From Betaproteobacteria bacterium (GTDB lineage: Bacteria; Pseudomonadota; Gammaproteobacteria; Burkholderiales; SG8-39): 55,403 bases of DNA. Of the stretch, positions 38,633 through 48,619 are shown one piece after another; the first letter of the stretch is position 1, and each line of letters starts with the position of its first letter. The position numbers and the translations under genes are program-made. A model generated the notes under the pieces. It ran no database searches. It was not told the origin of the DNA and worked only from the letters and a program-made list of their open reading frames with translations. The stretch covers positions 1-55,403 of the forward strand of contig JBDTRO010000105.1 in assembly GCA_039931635.1 (NCBI GenBank), written 5' to 3'.

Positions 38633-39334
38633 GTGACCTTGCTGCGCGGTGGGCGGATTCTTTTGACGGTGACGGTGCTGGCGGCGGCAAGCGCCGCATA
38701 CGCCCAGCAGCAGGATCCGCAGCCGCCCGCGGGCCTCACGGGTGAATCGTTGCCCGAGCGTTTCTTCAGCGGCATCCGCGACGTCTTCCGCACCATCTTC
38801 GGCGACAGCGCGGCGCCGACGCCCGAGGCATCGCCGCCCGCACCGCAGCAGGCCCCTGCAGCGGCGGGGAATCCGCAGGAACAGCCGTCAAAGCCGGCCG
38901 CCGCGGCCGCAGCCGAGCCGGCGCCCATGAACGTAAGCCCGAACGCGTCCGCGGCGCCGCTCAGCCTGCATTCGGCGATCGCGAAAGGCGACTACGCCAA
39001 CGCACTCAAGATGATCGAGCAGGGCACCGACATCGAGGGCAAGGACCCGGGCGCGGGCGCCTCGGCGCTGCATTACGCGGTGATGAAGGGCGAGATGCCG
39101 CTGGTCGGGCTGCTCGTGCAGCGCGGCGCCGACGTCAATAGCCGCACCAAGAGCGGCACCACGCCGCTGCATACGGCGGTGCTTTACGGCCGGTTCGAAG
39201 TGGCCGAATACCTGCTGGACAAGGGGTCCGAGGTGAATGCCAAGAGCGCCAGCGGCGCGACGCCGATGTCGCTTGCCATCGCGGCGGGGTACCAGCGCAT
39301 CGCGAAGATGCTGCGCGCGCGCGGCGCGAACTAG
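38633..39334 (+). CDS. Secreted ankyrin-repeat protein
   Basis: GTG start. Signal peptide LLTVTVLAAASAAYA, Pro/Ala-rich linker, then ANK repeats (SALHYAVMKGEMPLVGLLVQRGADVN, TPLHTAVLYGRFEVAEYLLDKGSEVN, TPMSLAIAAGY). Confidence 0.75.
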   Translation: MTLLRGGRILLTVTVLAAASAAYAQQQDPQPPAGLTGESLPERFFSGIRDVFRTIFGDSAAPTPEASPPAPQQAPAAAGNPQEQPSKPAAAAAAEPAPMNVSPNASAAPLSLHSAIAKGDYANALKMIEQGTDIEGKDPGAGASALHYAVMKGEMPLVGLLVQRGADVNSRTKSGTTPLHTAVLYGRFEVAEYLLDKGSEVNAKSASGATPMSLAIAAGYQRIAKMLRARGAN

Positions 39335-39654
39335 CGCGCCGGATCCTCGATCATCGCCTTGCCGTCGGGCGTGACGAGGAAGCGTTTCCACAGCTTGCCG
39401 TCGGCGCGCACTTCCACCGGCCAGTAGCAACGCCCATCGAGCCGTTTCGGCTCATCCAGCGACACCGCGTAGCGCACCAGGCTGCGTTCGCGCGTCATCG
39501 ATTCGGCCCAGGCTTCGGTTTCCGGCAGGTATTTCACCTTGGACACCGCGCGCCGCCAGGGCGTGTTGCCGCCTTCGTCCGGAATTTCGCAGGCGAAGGC
39601 AGGCAGGGCGGCGAGGGCCGCCGCCAGCAGGGCTAGGCTTTGGAGCGGTCCCAC
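39331..39654 (-). CDS. Small secreted/lipoprotein-like hypothetical protein
   Basis: The only in-frame start near the signal peptide is a GTG (cac 39652-39654), giving VGPLQSLALLAAALAALPAFAC.... The mature part (EIPDEGGNTPWRRAVSKVKYLPETEAW...) has protein-like composition. Overlaps the upstream cupin gene by 22 nt. Confidence 0.45.
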   Translation of the reverse strand: MGPLQSLALLAAALAALPAFACEIPDEGGNTPWRRAVSKVKYLPETEAWAESMTRERSLVRYAVSLDEPKRLDGRCYWPVEVRADGKLWKRFLVTPDGKAMIEDPAR

Positions 39655-40208
39655 AGGTTCGGCACAGTGCTGTTGTGGTAGCCCGATATGAATTCCTTCG
39701 GCTGGCCGGTCGCGGGATCGAACGTGTGGCGGCGAACGGCCCCGATGTTGGCGCCGTAGACGTGGATGCTGACCGCAGTCTGCGTCCCCGCATTGGAGAC
39801 GACGTGGATGTCGCCGACGGTGGGCGAGACGCGGTCGACTTCGCCGGGCTTCGACTCGTGCGTATGGATCTTGCTCATGGACGAAGAGTATTCCTCGCAC
39901 TTTTCCGCGCCGCGCATCACGCCGACCAGGCCCCAGACCGTGTGGTCGTGGATCGGCGTGCGGTGGCCGGGCATCCAGACGAAGCTCGCCACCGAAAAGC
40001 GCTCGAGCGGATCGCAATACAGGAGATATTGACGGTACGAATCCTTCGAGGGCGCGGCGAATTCCTCCGGCAGCCAGTCGTCGTTCGAGATCAGGCCGCG
40101 CAGCAGGCGCTCGCCTTCGTCCAGCATGCGCGGCTCGTCGGCGCCGTGGCGCTCAACGAGCCGGGTCATGCCGGTGACGAAGTCCCGCAGGCGGGCGATG
40201 TTGGCCAT
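39633..40208 (-). CDS. Cysteine dioxygenase type I-family cupin (thiol dioxygenase, 3-mercaptopropionate dioxygenase-like)
   Basis: 191 aa. HRTPIHDHTVWGLVGVMRGAE plus SIHVYGANIG supply a 3-His cupin metal site. Its ATG lies 1 nt after the boxB stop. Confidence 0.8.
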   Translation of the reverse strand: MANIARLRDFVTGMTRLVERHGADEPRMLDEGERLLRGLISNDDWLPEEFAAPSKDSYRQYLLYCDPLERFSVASFVWMPGHRTPIHDHTVWGLVGVMRGAEKCEEYSSSMSKIHTHESKPGEVDRVSPTVGDIHVVSNAGTQTAVSIHVYGANIGAVRRHTFDPATGQPKEFISGYHNSTVPNLWDRSKA

Positions 40209-40209
40209 G

Positions 40210-41637
<1,428 letters not shown>

Positions 41638-41667
41638 ACCCGTTCCTAGGTTAAGTAGGGATCGGGT

Positions 41668-43242
41668 CTAAACCCGCTCCCAGTTGAATTTCGCCTTCGA
41701 ACCCGTGCCGTAGACTTTCAGCGCGCCCTGCTCGCCGATCGCGTTGGGCCGGATGAATATCCAGTTCTGCCAGGCCGACAGCCGTCCGAACACGCGCGTC
41801 AGCATGTTCTCGCGGCCCGTGAAGCGCAGCGAGGCTTCCATCCCGGTGAGCGCGTCGGGCGACAGCGCCACGCGCTCCTCGATGGCGATGCGCACCTCTT
41901 CTTCCCAGTCGATGTCGTCCGGGGCTGCGGTGATGAGTCCAAGCTCTTTTGCTTTTTGCGTCGCGAGCATTTCACCGGCAGGCAATTCTGGCACTTCGCC
42001 GCAGTAGTGCGCCGAAATCCTCGATTCGCCGTTCACCATCGGGTAAGTGCCGAAATTAAGCGGCGAGAAGGCGATGCAAGGGCCGTTCTCCGCCGCGTCC
42101 AGCATGTAGCTGCGGTCGGCTGCGTAAAGCAGCTCGGCCAGCGTGCCGGCAAAACAGGAGCCGGGCTCCACCACCGCGAAGATGGAGCGCGAGGACACGT
42201 CCAGGCGCGCGAAGGTGCGGCGCAGGAAGCCGAGGGTCTCGCGCACGAACCAATCCGTTGCATGATTCTTCAATATAAGATCCAGATCCAGAACGTTCTG
42301 GACGTCGCCCTTCGTCTTGAAGATCCAGAGGCCGACGTTGAGGTGGTTGTGGCGCAGGTTCAAAATCGCTTCGTCCAGTTCGCGCGCAAGCTGGAGTGGA
42401 TACCAGTCTGCCGATCGCTTTACTTCAAGGTCTTCCTTTGAAGGTCCTTTGACGATGATTTCGGCCGTGCGGGCAGCACGATCGATTTTAAGTTCGAGAA
42501 GTTTTTTAATTAGAGGCGTCAAGACAATGCCTTCTCCGCCTGGCCGGTCAGAACCTTTCGCCAGTTCCAGAGCGCGGTTCTGCACGAATTCGGCGAACTG
42601 CTGCGGCTTGGCGACGTGGTCCACCAGCTTCCATTCCCTGGCGCGGTCGGCACGTACGCCTTCGGCGGTGGTGCAGAACACGTCGGCGAGGTCGCGCCTG
42701 ACCTTTCGTTTGTCCACGATTCGCGTCAGCCCGCCCGTGCCGGGCAAAACGCCCAGCAGCGGCACTTCGGGCAGGCTCACGGTGCTGGAACGGTCGTCGA
42801 TCATCGCGATTTCGTCGCAGGCGAGCGCGAGTTCGTAGCCGCCGCCCGCGGTGACGCCGTTCAGCGCAGCGAGGAACTTGAGTCCCGAATGCCGGCTGGA
42901 ATCCTCCAGGCCGTTGCGCGTCTCGTTGGTGAACTTGCAGAAGTTCACCTTCCAGGCGTGGGTGGAGAGGCCGAGCATGTAGATGTTGGCGCCCGAGCAG
43001 AACATGCGGCTCTTGCCGCTGGTAACCACCACGGATTTCACTTCCGGGTGCTCGAAGCGGATGCGGTTGACGGCGTCGTGCAGCTCGATGTCCACGCCCA
43101 GGTCGTAGGAGTTGAGTTTGAGCTTGTAGCCCGGCGCGATTCCCTTGTCCTCGGCGATATCGAGCAACAGCGTGGCCACCGGGCCGTCGAACGACAGCTT
43201 CCAGTGGTTGTACCTGTCCGGATGGGTGTCGAAACTGATCAT
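41668..43242 (-). CDS. boxC: 2,3-Epoxybenzoyl-CoA dihydrolase (benzoyl-CoA-dihydrodiol lyase) BoxC
   Basis: 524 aa, double crotonase fold. HPDRYNHWKLSFDGPVATLLLDI, NSYDLGVDIEL and MFCSGANIYMLG are typical of BoxC. Confidence 0.9.
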   Translation of the reverse strand: MISFDTHPDRYNHWKLSFDGPVATLLLDIAEDKGIAPGYKLKLNSYDLGVDIELHDAVNRIRFEHPEVKSVVVTSGKSRMFCSGANIYMLGLSTHAWKVNFCKFTNETRNGLEDSSRHSGLKFLAALNGVTAGGGYELALACDEIAMIDDRSSTVSLPEVPLLGVLPGTGGLTRIVDKRKVRRDLADVFCTTAEGVRADRAREWKLVDHVAKPQQFAEFVQNRALELAKGSDRPGGEGIVLTPLIKKLLELKIDRAARTAEIIVKGPSKEDLEVKRSADWYPLQLARELDEAILNLRHNHLNVGLWIFKTKGDVQNVLDLDLILKNHATDWFVRETLGFLRRTFARLDVSSRSIFAVVEPGSCFAGTLAELLYAADRSYMLDAAENGPCIAFSPLNFGTYPMVNGESRISAHYCGEVPELPAGEMLATQKAKELGLITAAPDDIDWEEEVRIAIEERVALSPDALTGMEASLRFTGRENMLTRVFGRLSAWQNWIFIRPNAIGEQGALKVYGTGSKAKFNWERV

Positions 43243-44006
43243 GGTTTTACCTTGGCTCTCAGTTCTTCCAGCGAGGATTTCAACGGCTTGCCCGATGTTT
43301 CGACCGTCGCGTCGGCACGCGAATAGAGGCGGTCGCGATCGGCAAGAAGCTTGCGGATTTCATCGATGGCAGCCGACCTTCCCTTGAAGGGGCGCATGTC
43401 GCCTTGGGCCATGACGCGGTTCATGTGCTCTTCGGGCTTCGCCTTCAGCCAGACCGTATGGCAGTTGTCCAGCAGCAACCGGTACGTGTCTGGATCGGTG
43501 ACCAGGCTGCCGCCCGCGGCGATCACCGCGGCCTCGTGGGTGTGCAGAACTCGTTCCAGGGCGCGCCGCTCGAAGCGGCGGTAGGCCTCCTGGCCGTACA
43601 TCGCGAAGACTTCTCCCAGCTTCGCGCCGGCTTCGCGCTCGACTTCGCTGTCCAGTTCGACGAACGGAACGCCCAGGGAGGAGGCGAGCCTGGACCCCAG
43701 CGTGGACTTCCCTGCACCGCGCAGGCCGAGCAGGGCGATGCGGCGCCTGGCCGGGACGTTGTCCGGCGCATCGCGCACCAGGCTTTCGACCGGCACGTCC
43801 ATGGCGCGCGCGACTCTTCGCAGCAGCAGCACCGAGATGTTTCCCTCGCCCGCTTCGAGCTGCGCGAGGTAGCGTTCGGACACCCCGGAGGCTGCGGCGA
43901 GCGCCTTGCGCGTCATGCCGTGGCCGTTGCGCCAGGAACGCACGCGATCGCCCAGCTGGGCCAGGTATGCCGATTCCTGCTGGGCGGGAGAGAGTGGCGC
44001 GTTCAT
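43239..44006 (-). CDS. boxR: BoxR/BzdR-type regulator (XRE HTH + shikimate-kinase-like domain)
   Basis: N-terminal HTH (MTRKALAAASGVSERYLAQLEAGEGN). C-terminal P-loop kinase-like domain (IALLGLRGAGKSTLG). 4-nt overlap with the boxC start. Confidence 0.85.
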   Translation of the reverse strand: MNAPLSPAQQESAYLAQLGDRVRSWRNGHGMTRKALAAASGVSERYLAQLEAGEGNISVLLLRRVARAMDVPVESLVRDAPDNVPARRRIALLGLRGAGKSTLGSRLASSLGVPFVELDSEVEREAGAKLGEVFAMYGQEAYRRFERRALERVLHTHEAAVIAAGGSLVTDPDTYRLLLDNCHTVWLKAKPEEHMNRVMAQGDMRPFKGRSAAIDEIRKLLADRDRLYSRADATVETSGKPLKSSLEELRAKVKP

Positions 44007-44010
44007 GAAG

Positions 44011-44045
44011 TATAGTGCTTGACTGTGATTCTATGCTGCACTATA
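44011..44045. promoter_or_regulatory. Inverted repeat TATAGTGC-N19-GCACTATA in the boxR/flavodoxin divergent promoter region (candidate BoxR operator)
   Basis: Arms at 44011-44018 and 44038-44045 are exact reverse complements. The right arm contains a TGCA core (cTGCActata). The intergenic region is only 43 bp. Confidence 0.4.
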
Positions 44046-44049
44046 TTGG

Positions 44050-44538
44050 ATGTCAATGAAACTCATCCTCCTGGTCGGCACCATGACCGGCACCGCGCAG
44101 CTCGTCGCGCAGGAGCTGGAATTGGGTTGGGACGACGGGGAGCTGCAGGTCGAGACGCTGCTGATGGACAAGCTCGATGGCTCGGTATTCGCGCGCGAGG
44201 GCGTGTTCCTGGTCGTCACCTCCACCTACGGCCAGGGCGACGTGCCGGACAACGCCCGGAGCTTCTACGAGGATCTGAAGGCGAAGCGCCCGGATCTGTC
44301 GCGCGTGCGCTACGGCGTTTTCGGGCTGGGCGACCGAACCTACGCCGAGACTTTCAATTTCGGCGGCAAGCGCTTCGACGACATCCTCGCCGAGCTGGGC
44401 GCGCAGCGTATCGGCGAGCGGGTGCAGCACGACGCCTCCTCGGGCGTGCTGCCCGAGGAAATGGCGGAGGAGTGGGGCGCAGGCTGGCTGGCGCTGGCGA
44501 AGGAAAATCAGGGACAGACCACGTTTTCCGAACTCTAG
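44050..44538 (+). CDS. Flavodoxin (FMN-binding, MioC-like short flavodoxin)
   Basis: 162 aa. LILLVGTMTGTA (phosphate-binding loop), VVTSTYGQGDVPDN, GVFGLGDRTYAETFNFGG. Confidence 0.8.
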   Translation: MSMKLILLVGTMTGTAQLVAQELELGWDDGELQVETLLMDKLDGSVFAREGVFLVVTSTYGQGDVPDNARSFYEDLKAKRPDLSRVRYGVFGLGDRTYAETFNFGGKRFDDILAELGAQRIGERVQHDASSGVLPEEMAEEWGAGWLALAKENQGQTTFSEL

Positions 44539-44562
44539 AAAACGTGGTCTGTCCCTGATTTT
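44504..44562 (+). terminator. Intrinsic-terminator-like hairpin: 24-bp perfect inverted repeat with 11-nt loop
   Basis: AAAATCAGGGACAGACCACGTTTT (44504-44527) / loop CCGAACTCTAG / AAAACGTGGTCTGTCCCTGATTTT (44539-44562). The A-tract and T-tract flanks give it a bidirectional terminator look. The loop holds the flavodoxin stop codon. Confidence 0.7.
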
Positions 44563-44589
44563 CGCTAGGTACAATCTACAATCCCCTGT

Positions 44590-46089
44590 ATGGAATTGCC
44601 ACGCGACTACAACGCCGCCACCGACCTGGTCGGCCGGAACCTGAAAGCCGGCCGGGGCGGCAAGATCGCCTACATCGACGACGGCGGCCAGTACACGTAT
44701 GGCGAACTTTCCGACCGGGTAAACCGCTTCGGCAGCCATCTGCTGTCGCTCGGCCTGCGGATGGAAGACCGCGTCCTCATCGCAATGCACGATTCCATCG
44801 ACTGGCCGGTGGCGTTCCTCGGCGCGATCAAGGCCGGCATCGTGCCGGTCGCGGTCAACACGCTGCTGACGCCGAAAGACTACGAATACATGCTCTCGGA
44901 CAGCCGGGCGAAGGCCCTGCTGGTCTCGGAGCCGCTGCTGCAGCAATTCCAGCCGTTCATCGGCAAGCTGCCGTTTCTCAAGCACGTCATTGTTTCGCCT
45001 TTTGATTTTTTATCTAGTAGTAACCCCAGCTTAGTTGCCGCTCCCACAACTTCCGACGACCCGTGCTTCTGGCTCTATTCGTCGGGCTCGACCGGCATGC
45101 CCAAGGGGACGGTGCACGTGCATTCCAGCATGCGGGTCACGGCCGAGCTCTATGCCGACGGCGTCCTGGGGCTGAAGGAATCCGACGTCATTTTTTCCGC
45201 CGCGAAATTCTTCTTCGCCTACGGCCTGGGCAATTCGCTGTCGTTCCCGCTGGCCGCCGGCGCGACCACCGTGCTGATGGCTGAGCGACCGACCCCGGAT
45301 GCCGTCTTCAAGCGCCTGACCGAGAGAAAGCCGACGCTTTTCTTCGGCGTGCCCACGCTCTACGCCGGGATGCTTGCAGCGCCCGCTTTCCCGGCGAAAG
45401 AGAAATTGAATTTAAGGATCTGCATTTCGGCAGGCGAGGCGCTCCCGCCCCAGATCGCCAAGAGCTTCAAGGAAAGGACCGGCGTCGACATCCTCGATGG
45501 CATCGGCTCGACCGAATTGCTCCACATCTTCCTTTCAAACCGGCCGGGCGATTTCCGCTACGGCACCACCGGCAAGCCCGTGCCGGGCTATCAACTGAAG
45601 CTGGTGGACGAGCAGGGCGACGAAGTGAAGCAGGGCGAACTGGGCGAGCTCCTGATCAAGGGACCCACCGCCGCCAACCTCTATTGGAACAACCGTACGA
45701 AGAGCCGCAGCACCTTTGTCGGCGAGTGGACGCGCAGCGGCGACAAATACACGCAGGACGCGGACGGCTTCTATGCCTACGGCGGCCGCACCGACGACAT
45801 GCTGAAAGTTTCCGGCATCTGGGTTTCACCCGCCGAAGTCGAGGCCGCGCTCGTTTCGCACGAGGCGGTGCTCGAAGCCGCGGTCGTCGGGAAGGAAGAC
45901 GAGCAGAAACTCGTCAAGCCCAAGGCCTACGTCGTCCTGAAGCCCGGCAAGCAGGCCACGGCGGAAGAACTGCAGGCGTGGGTCAAAGCGAAACTTGCGC
46001 CGTACAAGTATCCGCGCTGGATAGAATTTGCCAGCGAACTTCCCAAGACGGCGACCGGGAAAATTCAACGATTCAAACTGAGAGACTGA
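44590..46089 (+). CDS. bclA: Benzoate-CoA ligase family protein (benzoate/4-hydroxybenzoate-CoA ligase)
   Basis: 499 aa. MELPRDYNAATDLV..., WLYSSGSTGMPKGTVH, GEWTRSGDKY, KVSGIWVSPAEVE, TATGKIQRFKLR. Sits in the box/hcr neighbourhood. Confidence 0.85.
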   Translation: MELPRDYNAATDLVGRNLKAGRGGKIAYIDDGGQYTYGELSDRVNRFGSHLLSLGLRMEDRVLIAMHDSIDWPVAFLGAIKAGIVPVAVNTLLTPKDYEYMLSDSRAKALLVSEPLLQQFQPFIGKLPFLKHVIVSPFDFLSSSNPSLVAAPTTSDDPCFWLYSSGSTGMPKGTVHVHSSMRVTAELYADGVLGLKESDVIFSAAKFFFAYGLGNSLSFPLAAGATTVLMAERPTPDAVFKRLTERKPTLFFGVPTLYAGMLAAPAFPAKEKLNLRICISAGEALPPQIAKSFKERTGVDILDGIGSTELLHIFLSNRPGDFRYGTTGKPVPGYQLKLVDEQGDEVKQGELGELLIKGPTAANLYWNNRTKSRSTFVGEWTRSGDKYTQDADGFYAYGGRTDDMLKVSGIWVSPAEVEAALVSHEAVLEAAVVGKEDEQKLVKPKAYVVLKPGKQATAEELQAWVKAKLAPYKYPRWIEFASELPKTATGKIQRFKLRD

Positions 46090-46091
46090 AC

Positions 46092-46982
46092 ATGAACGCG
46101 CCCGCACCGGTTACCCAACTTCAGATCGACCAGCGCGTTTTCGATCTCTATGACGAGTACTGCCACGGCAGGATCGATCGCCGCGAGTTCCTGGCGCGCG
46201 CGAGCGTGATCGTGGTCGGCGGCCTGGCGATGGCGCAGGCGTTGCTGCCGCGCTATGCGCAGGCGCAGACCATTTCCTCCACGGACGCGCGCATGAAGGC
46301 GCAGTATGTAAACTATCCGTCGCCCGGTGGCGGCTCGGGGCAGATGCGCGGCTACCTGGTGCAACCGGCCGGCACGGGGCCGTTCCCGGCAGTGTTGGTG
46401 ATTCATGAGAACCGCGGACTCAATCCTTACATCGAAGACGTCGCGCGCCGCGCGGCGGTGGATGGATTCCTCGCGCTGGCTCCCGATGGCCTGTTTCCGG
46501 TCGGCGGCTATCCGGGTAACGATGACGATGGCCGCACGCTGCAATCGAGCCTGGATCCGGCGAAATTGCGCACCGACATGCTCAATAGCGCGCGCTTCCT
46601 GAAATTCCACAAGCTCTCGACGGGGAAACTGGGCGCGACGGGCTTCTGCTGGGGCGGCAGCACGACGAACTTCCTCGCGGCCACGATGGGCGCCGACCTG
46701 CAGGCGGGTGTGCCGTACTACGGCGCTGCTGCGCCGACCGCAGACGTACCGAAGATCAAGGCGCCGCTGCTGATCCAGTTCGCCGAAAACGACGCAGGCA
46801 TCAACGGCATGTGGCCGGCGTATGAGGCTGCGCTGAAGGCGGCGGGCGCCAAGTACGAGGCGCACACTTATCCGGGCACGCAGCACGGCTTTCACAACAA
46901 TTCCACGCCGCGCTATCTCGAGGCGGCTGCCAAGCTGTCCTGGGACCGCACCATCGCGCACTTCAAGAAGCACCTGGCCTGA
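46092..46982 (+). CDS. Dienelactone hydrolase family protein (Tat-signal type)
   Basis: ATG is 2 nt after the ligase stop. RREFLARASVIVVGGLAMAQA, VLVIHENRGL, nucleophile elbow GFCWGG, GTQHGFHN. Confidence 0.85.
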   Translation: MNAPAPVTQLQIDQRVFDLYDEYCHGRIDRREFLARASVIVVGGLAMAQALLPRYAQAQTISSTDARMKAQYVNYPSPGGGSGQMRGYLVQPAGTGPFPAVLVIHENRGLNPYIEDVARRAAVDGFLALAPDGLFPVGGYPGNDDDGRTLQSSLDPAKLRTDMLNSARFLKFHKLSTGKLGATGFCWGGSTTNFLAATMGADLQAGVPYYGAAAPTADVPKIKAPLLIQFAENDAGINGMWPAYEAALKAAGAKYEAHTYPGTQHGFHNNSTPRYLEAAAKLSWDRTIAHFKKHLA

Positions 46983-46992
46983 GGCCGGCGCT

Positions 46993-48570
46993 TCAGTAGC
47001 CGATCGCCGCGCCGTCGCTGCGCGGGTCGGCGCCGCCTGCGCGCATGCCGTTGCGCGGATCGATGGTGATGCCGTGCGCATGGCCCGCGAGTTCATGCCA
47101 GGCGCCCCAGCGGTTGATGGTGTGGCCACGGCGCGCCAGTTCGTCAATGGTCGCGGGCGCAAATCGGCTTTCAATGTGCAGGGTGTCGCGCGCTTCGCCC
47201 AGCGCGAAGCGGCCAGACAGCCAGCGCGGCGCTTCGAGCGCTTCCTGGATGCTGCAGCCATGGTCGATCATGGCCACGTAGGCCTGCAGCTGGATTTGCG
47301 GCTGGCCGTCCGCCCCCATGCAGCCCAGGACGCTCCACAGCTTGTCATTGCGAAAGCCGAGCGAGGCGATGAGGGTGTGCAGCGGCGTCTTGCCGGGCTC
47401 GAGCCGGTTCGGATGACTCGGGTCGAGCGAAAAGTAGGCGCCGCGGTTCTGCAGCACGACGCCGGTACTGCCTGCGACCAGGGTGGAGCCGAATACGCCG
47501 TACAGGCTGTGAATCAGCGATGCCGCATTGCCTTCGGCGTCGACCGCCGCGATGTAAACGGTGTCGCCCTTGAGGCTGCCGAAAGAGGGCACCTGGTCCC
47601 ACGACAGGGCGCGTGCCGGATCGATCAGGGCTCGGCGCTCGCCGGCATACGCCTTCGAGATCAGCCGGTCCATCGGCACTTCGGTGAAGCGCGGATCCGC
47701 AAGCCAGCGGTCGCGATCGTGATAGGAGATCTGCTTGGCTTGCACCAGCAGGTGGACGTGGTCGGGTCCCAGAAACTCCTTGCGATGCAGTTCCAGCGGT
47801 TCGAGCAGGTTGAGCATCTGCAATACCGTGAATCCCTGCGTGGGCGCCGGGGTCTGATACAGGGTCACGTCGCGATAGTTGCCTTTTATCGGCTCACCCC
47901 AACGCGCGTCCTGGGCTGCGAGATCGGCAGCGGTAAAGAATCCGCCGCGTTCCCTCGCGAACCGCGACAACTCGCGGGCGACGTCCCCTTCGTAAAACGC
48001 CGCGCGGCCTCCTTGGGCCACCAGCTGCAGAGTGCGCGCCAGATCCGGATTGGAAATCTTTGCGCCGGCGTTCGGCGCAACGCCTCCTGGTAGAAATATG
48101 GCGGCGGTCTCGGGATGCTGTGCCAGTTCCGCCGCGCTCTGCGAGATCCAGCCCGCGAGACGCGCGGTGACCGGAAAGCCGTCGCGGGCATGGCCGATCG
48201 CCGTTTCCAGGTTGCGTGCCAGCGGCAGGCGGCCATACGCGGCATGCGCCTTGCACCAGCTGGCAACGGCGCCGGGCGTGGTGACGGTGGCAGGCAGGAT
48301 GCCGCGAAACGGAATCTCCGCCATTCCCTTCGCGGCGAACGCGCCAATGCTGGCGGACGCAGCCGCGCGCCCGCCGCCATCGAGATAGCGCACCCGGTGC
48401 GCCTTGGCGTCGTAGATGAGCCAGAACGCGTCGCCGCCCAGCCCCGTCATGTGTGGATAGAGCACTGATAACGCGGCACTTGTGGCGATGGCTGCGTCGA
48501 TCGCGGAGCCGCCGGCTTGCAGCGCGCCCATGCCGGCCTGCGACGCGAGCGCGTGCGGGCAAGTGACCAT
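46993..48570 (-). CDS. Gamma-glutamyltransferase family protein (no signal peptide)
   Basis: Start at MVTCPHALASQAG (cat 48568-48570). Autoprocessing/nucleophile region SLKGDTVYIAAVD. The GGT fold runs throughout. Confidence 0.85.
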   Translation of the reverse strand: MVTCPHALASQAGMGALQAGGSAIDAAIATSAALSVLYPHMTGLGGDAFWLIYDAKAHRVRYLDGGGRAAASASIGAFAAKGMAEIPFRGILPATVTTPGAVASWCKAHAAYGRLPLARNLETAIGHARDGFPVTARLAGWISQSAAELAQHPETAAIFLPGGVAPNAGAKISNPDLARTLQLVAQGGRAAFYEGDVARELSRFARERGGFFTAADLAAQDARWGEPIKGNYRDVTLYQTPAPTQGFTVLQMLNLLEPLELHRKEFLGPDHVHLLVQAKQISYHDRDRWLADPRFTEVPMDRLISKAYAGERRALIDPARALSWDQVPSFGSLKGDTVYIAAVDAEGNAASLIHSLYGVFGSTLVAGSTGVVLQNRGAYFSLDPSHPNRLEPGKTPLHTLIASLGFRNDKLWSVLGCMGADGQPQIQLQAYVAMIDHGCSIQEALEAPRWLSGRFALGEARDTLHIESRFAPATIDELARRGHTINRWGAWHELAGHAHGITIDPRNGMRAGGADPRSDGAAIGY

Positions 48571-48619
48571 GCCTTTCAGAGACAGCGTTGCAGGCCTGCC
48601 GGTATTTATTTGCACGGCG

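Noticed and set aside
44050-44538. Considered whether the flavodoxin ORF could be a diverged or truncated BoxA.
   Set aside because: BoxA is an Fe-S/FAD reductase of about 400 aa with Cys-rich ferredoxin motifs. This 162-aa protein has only flavodoxin FMN-binding motifs and no Cys clusters, so it is a different protein family.
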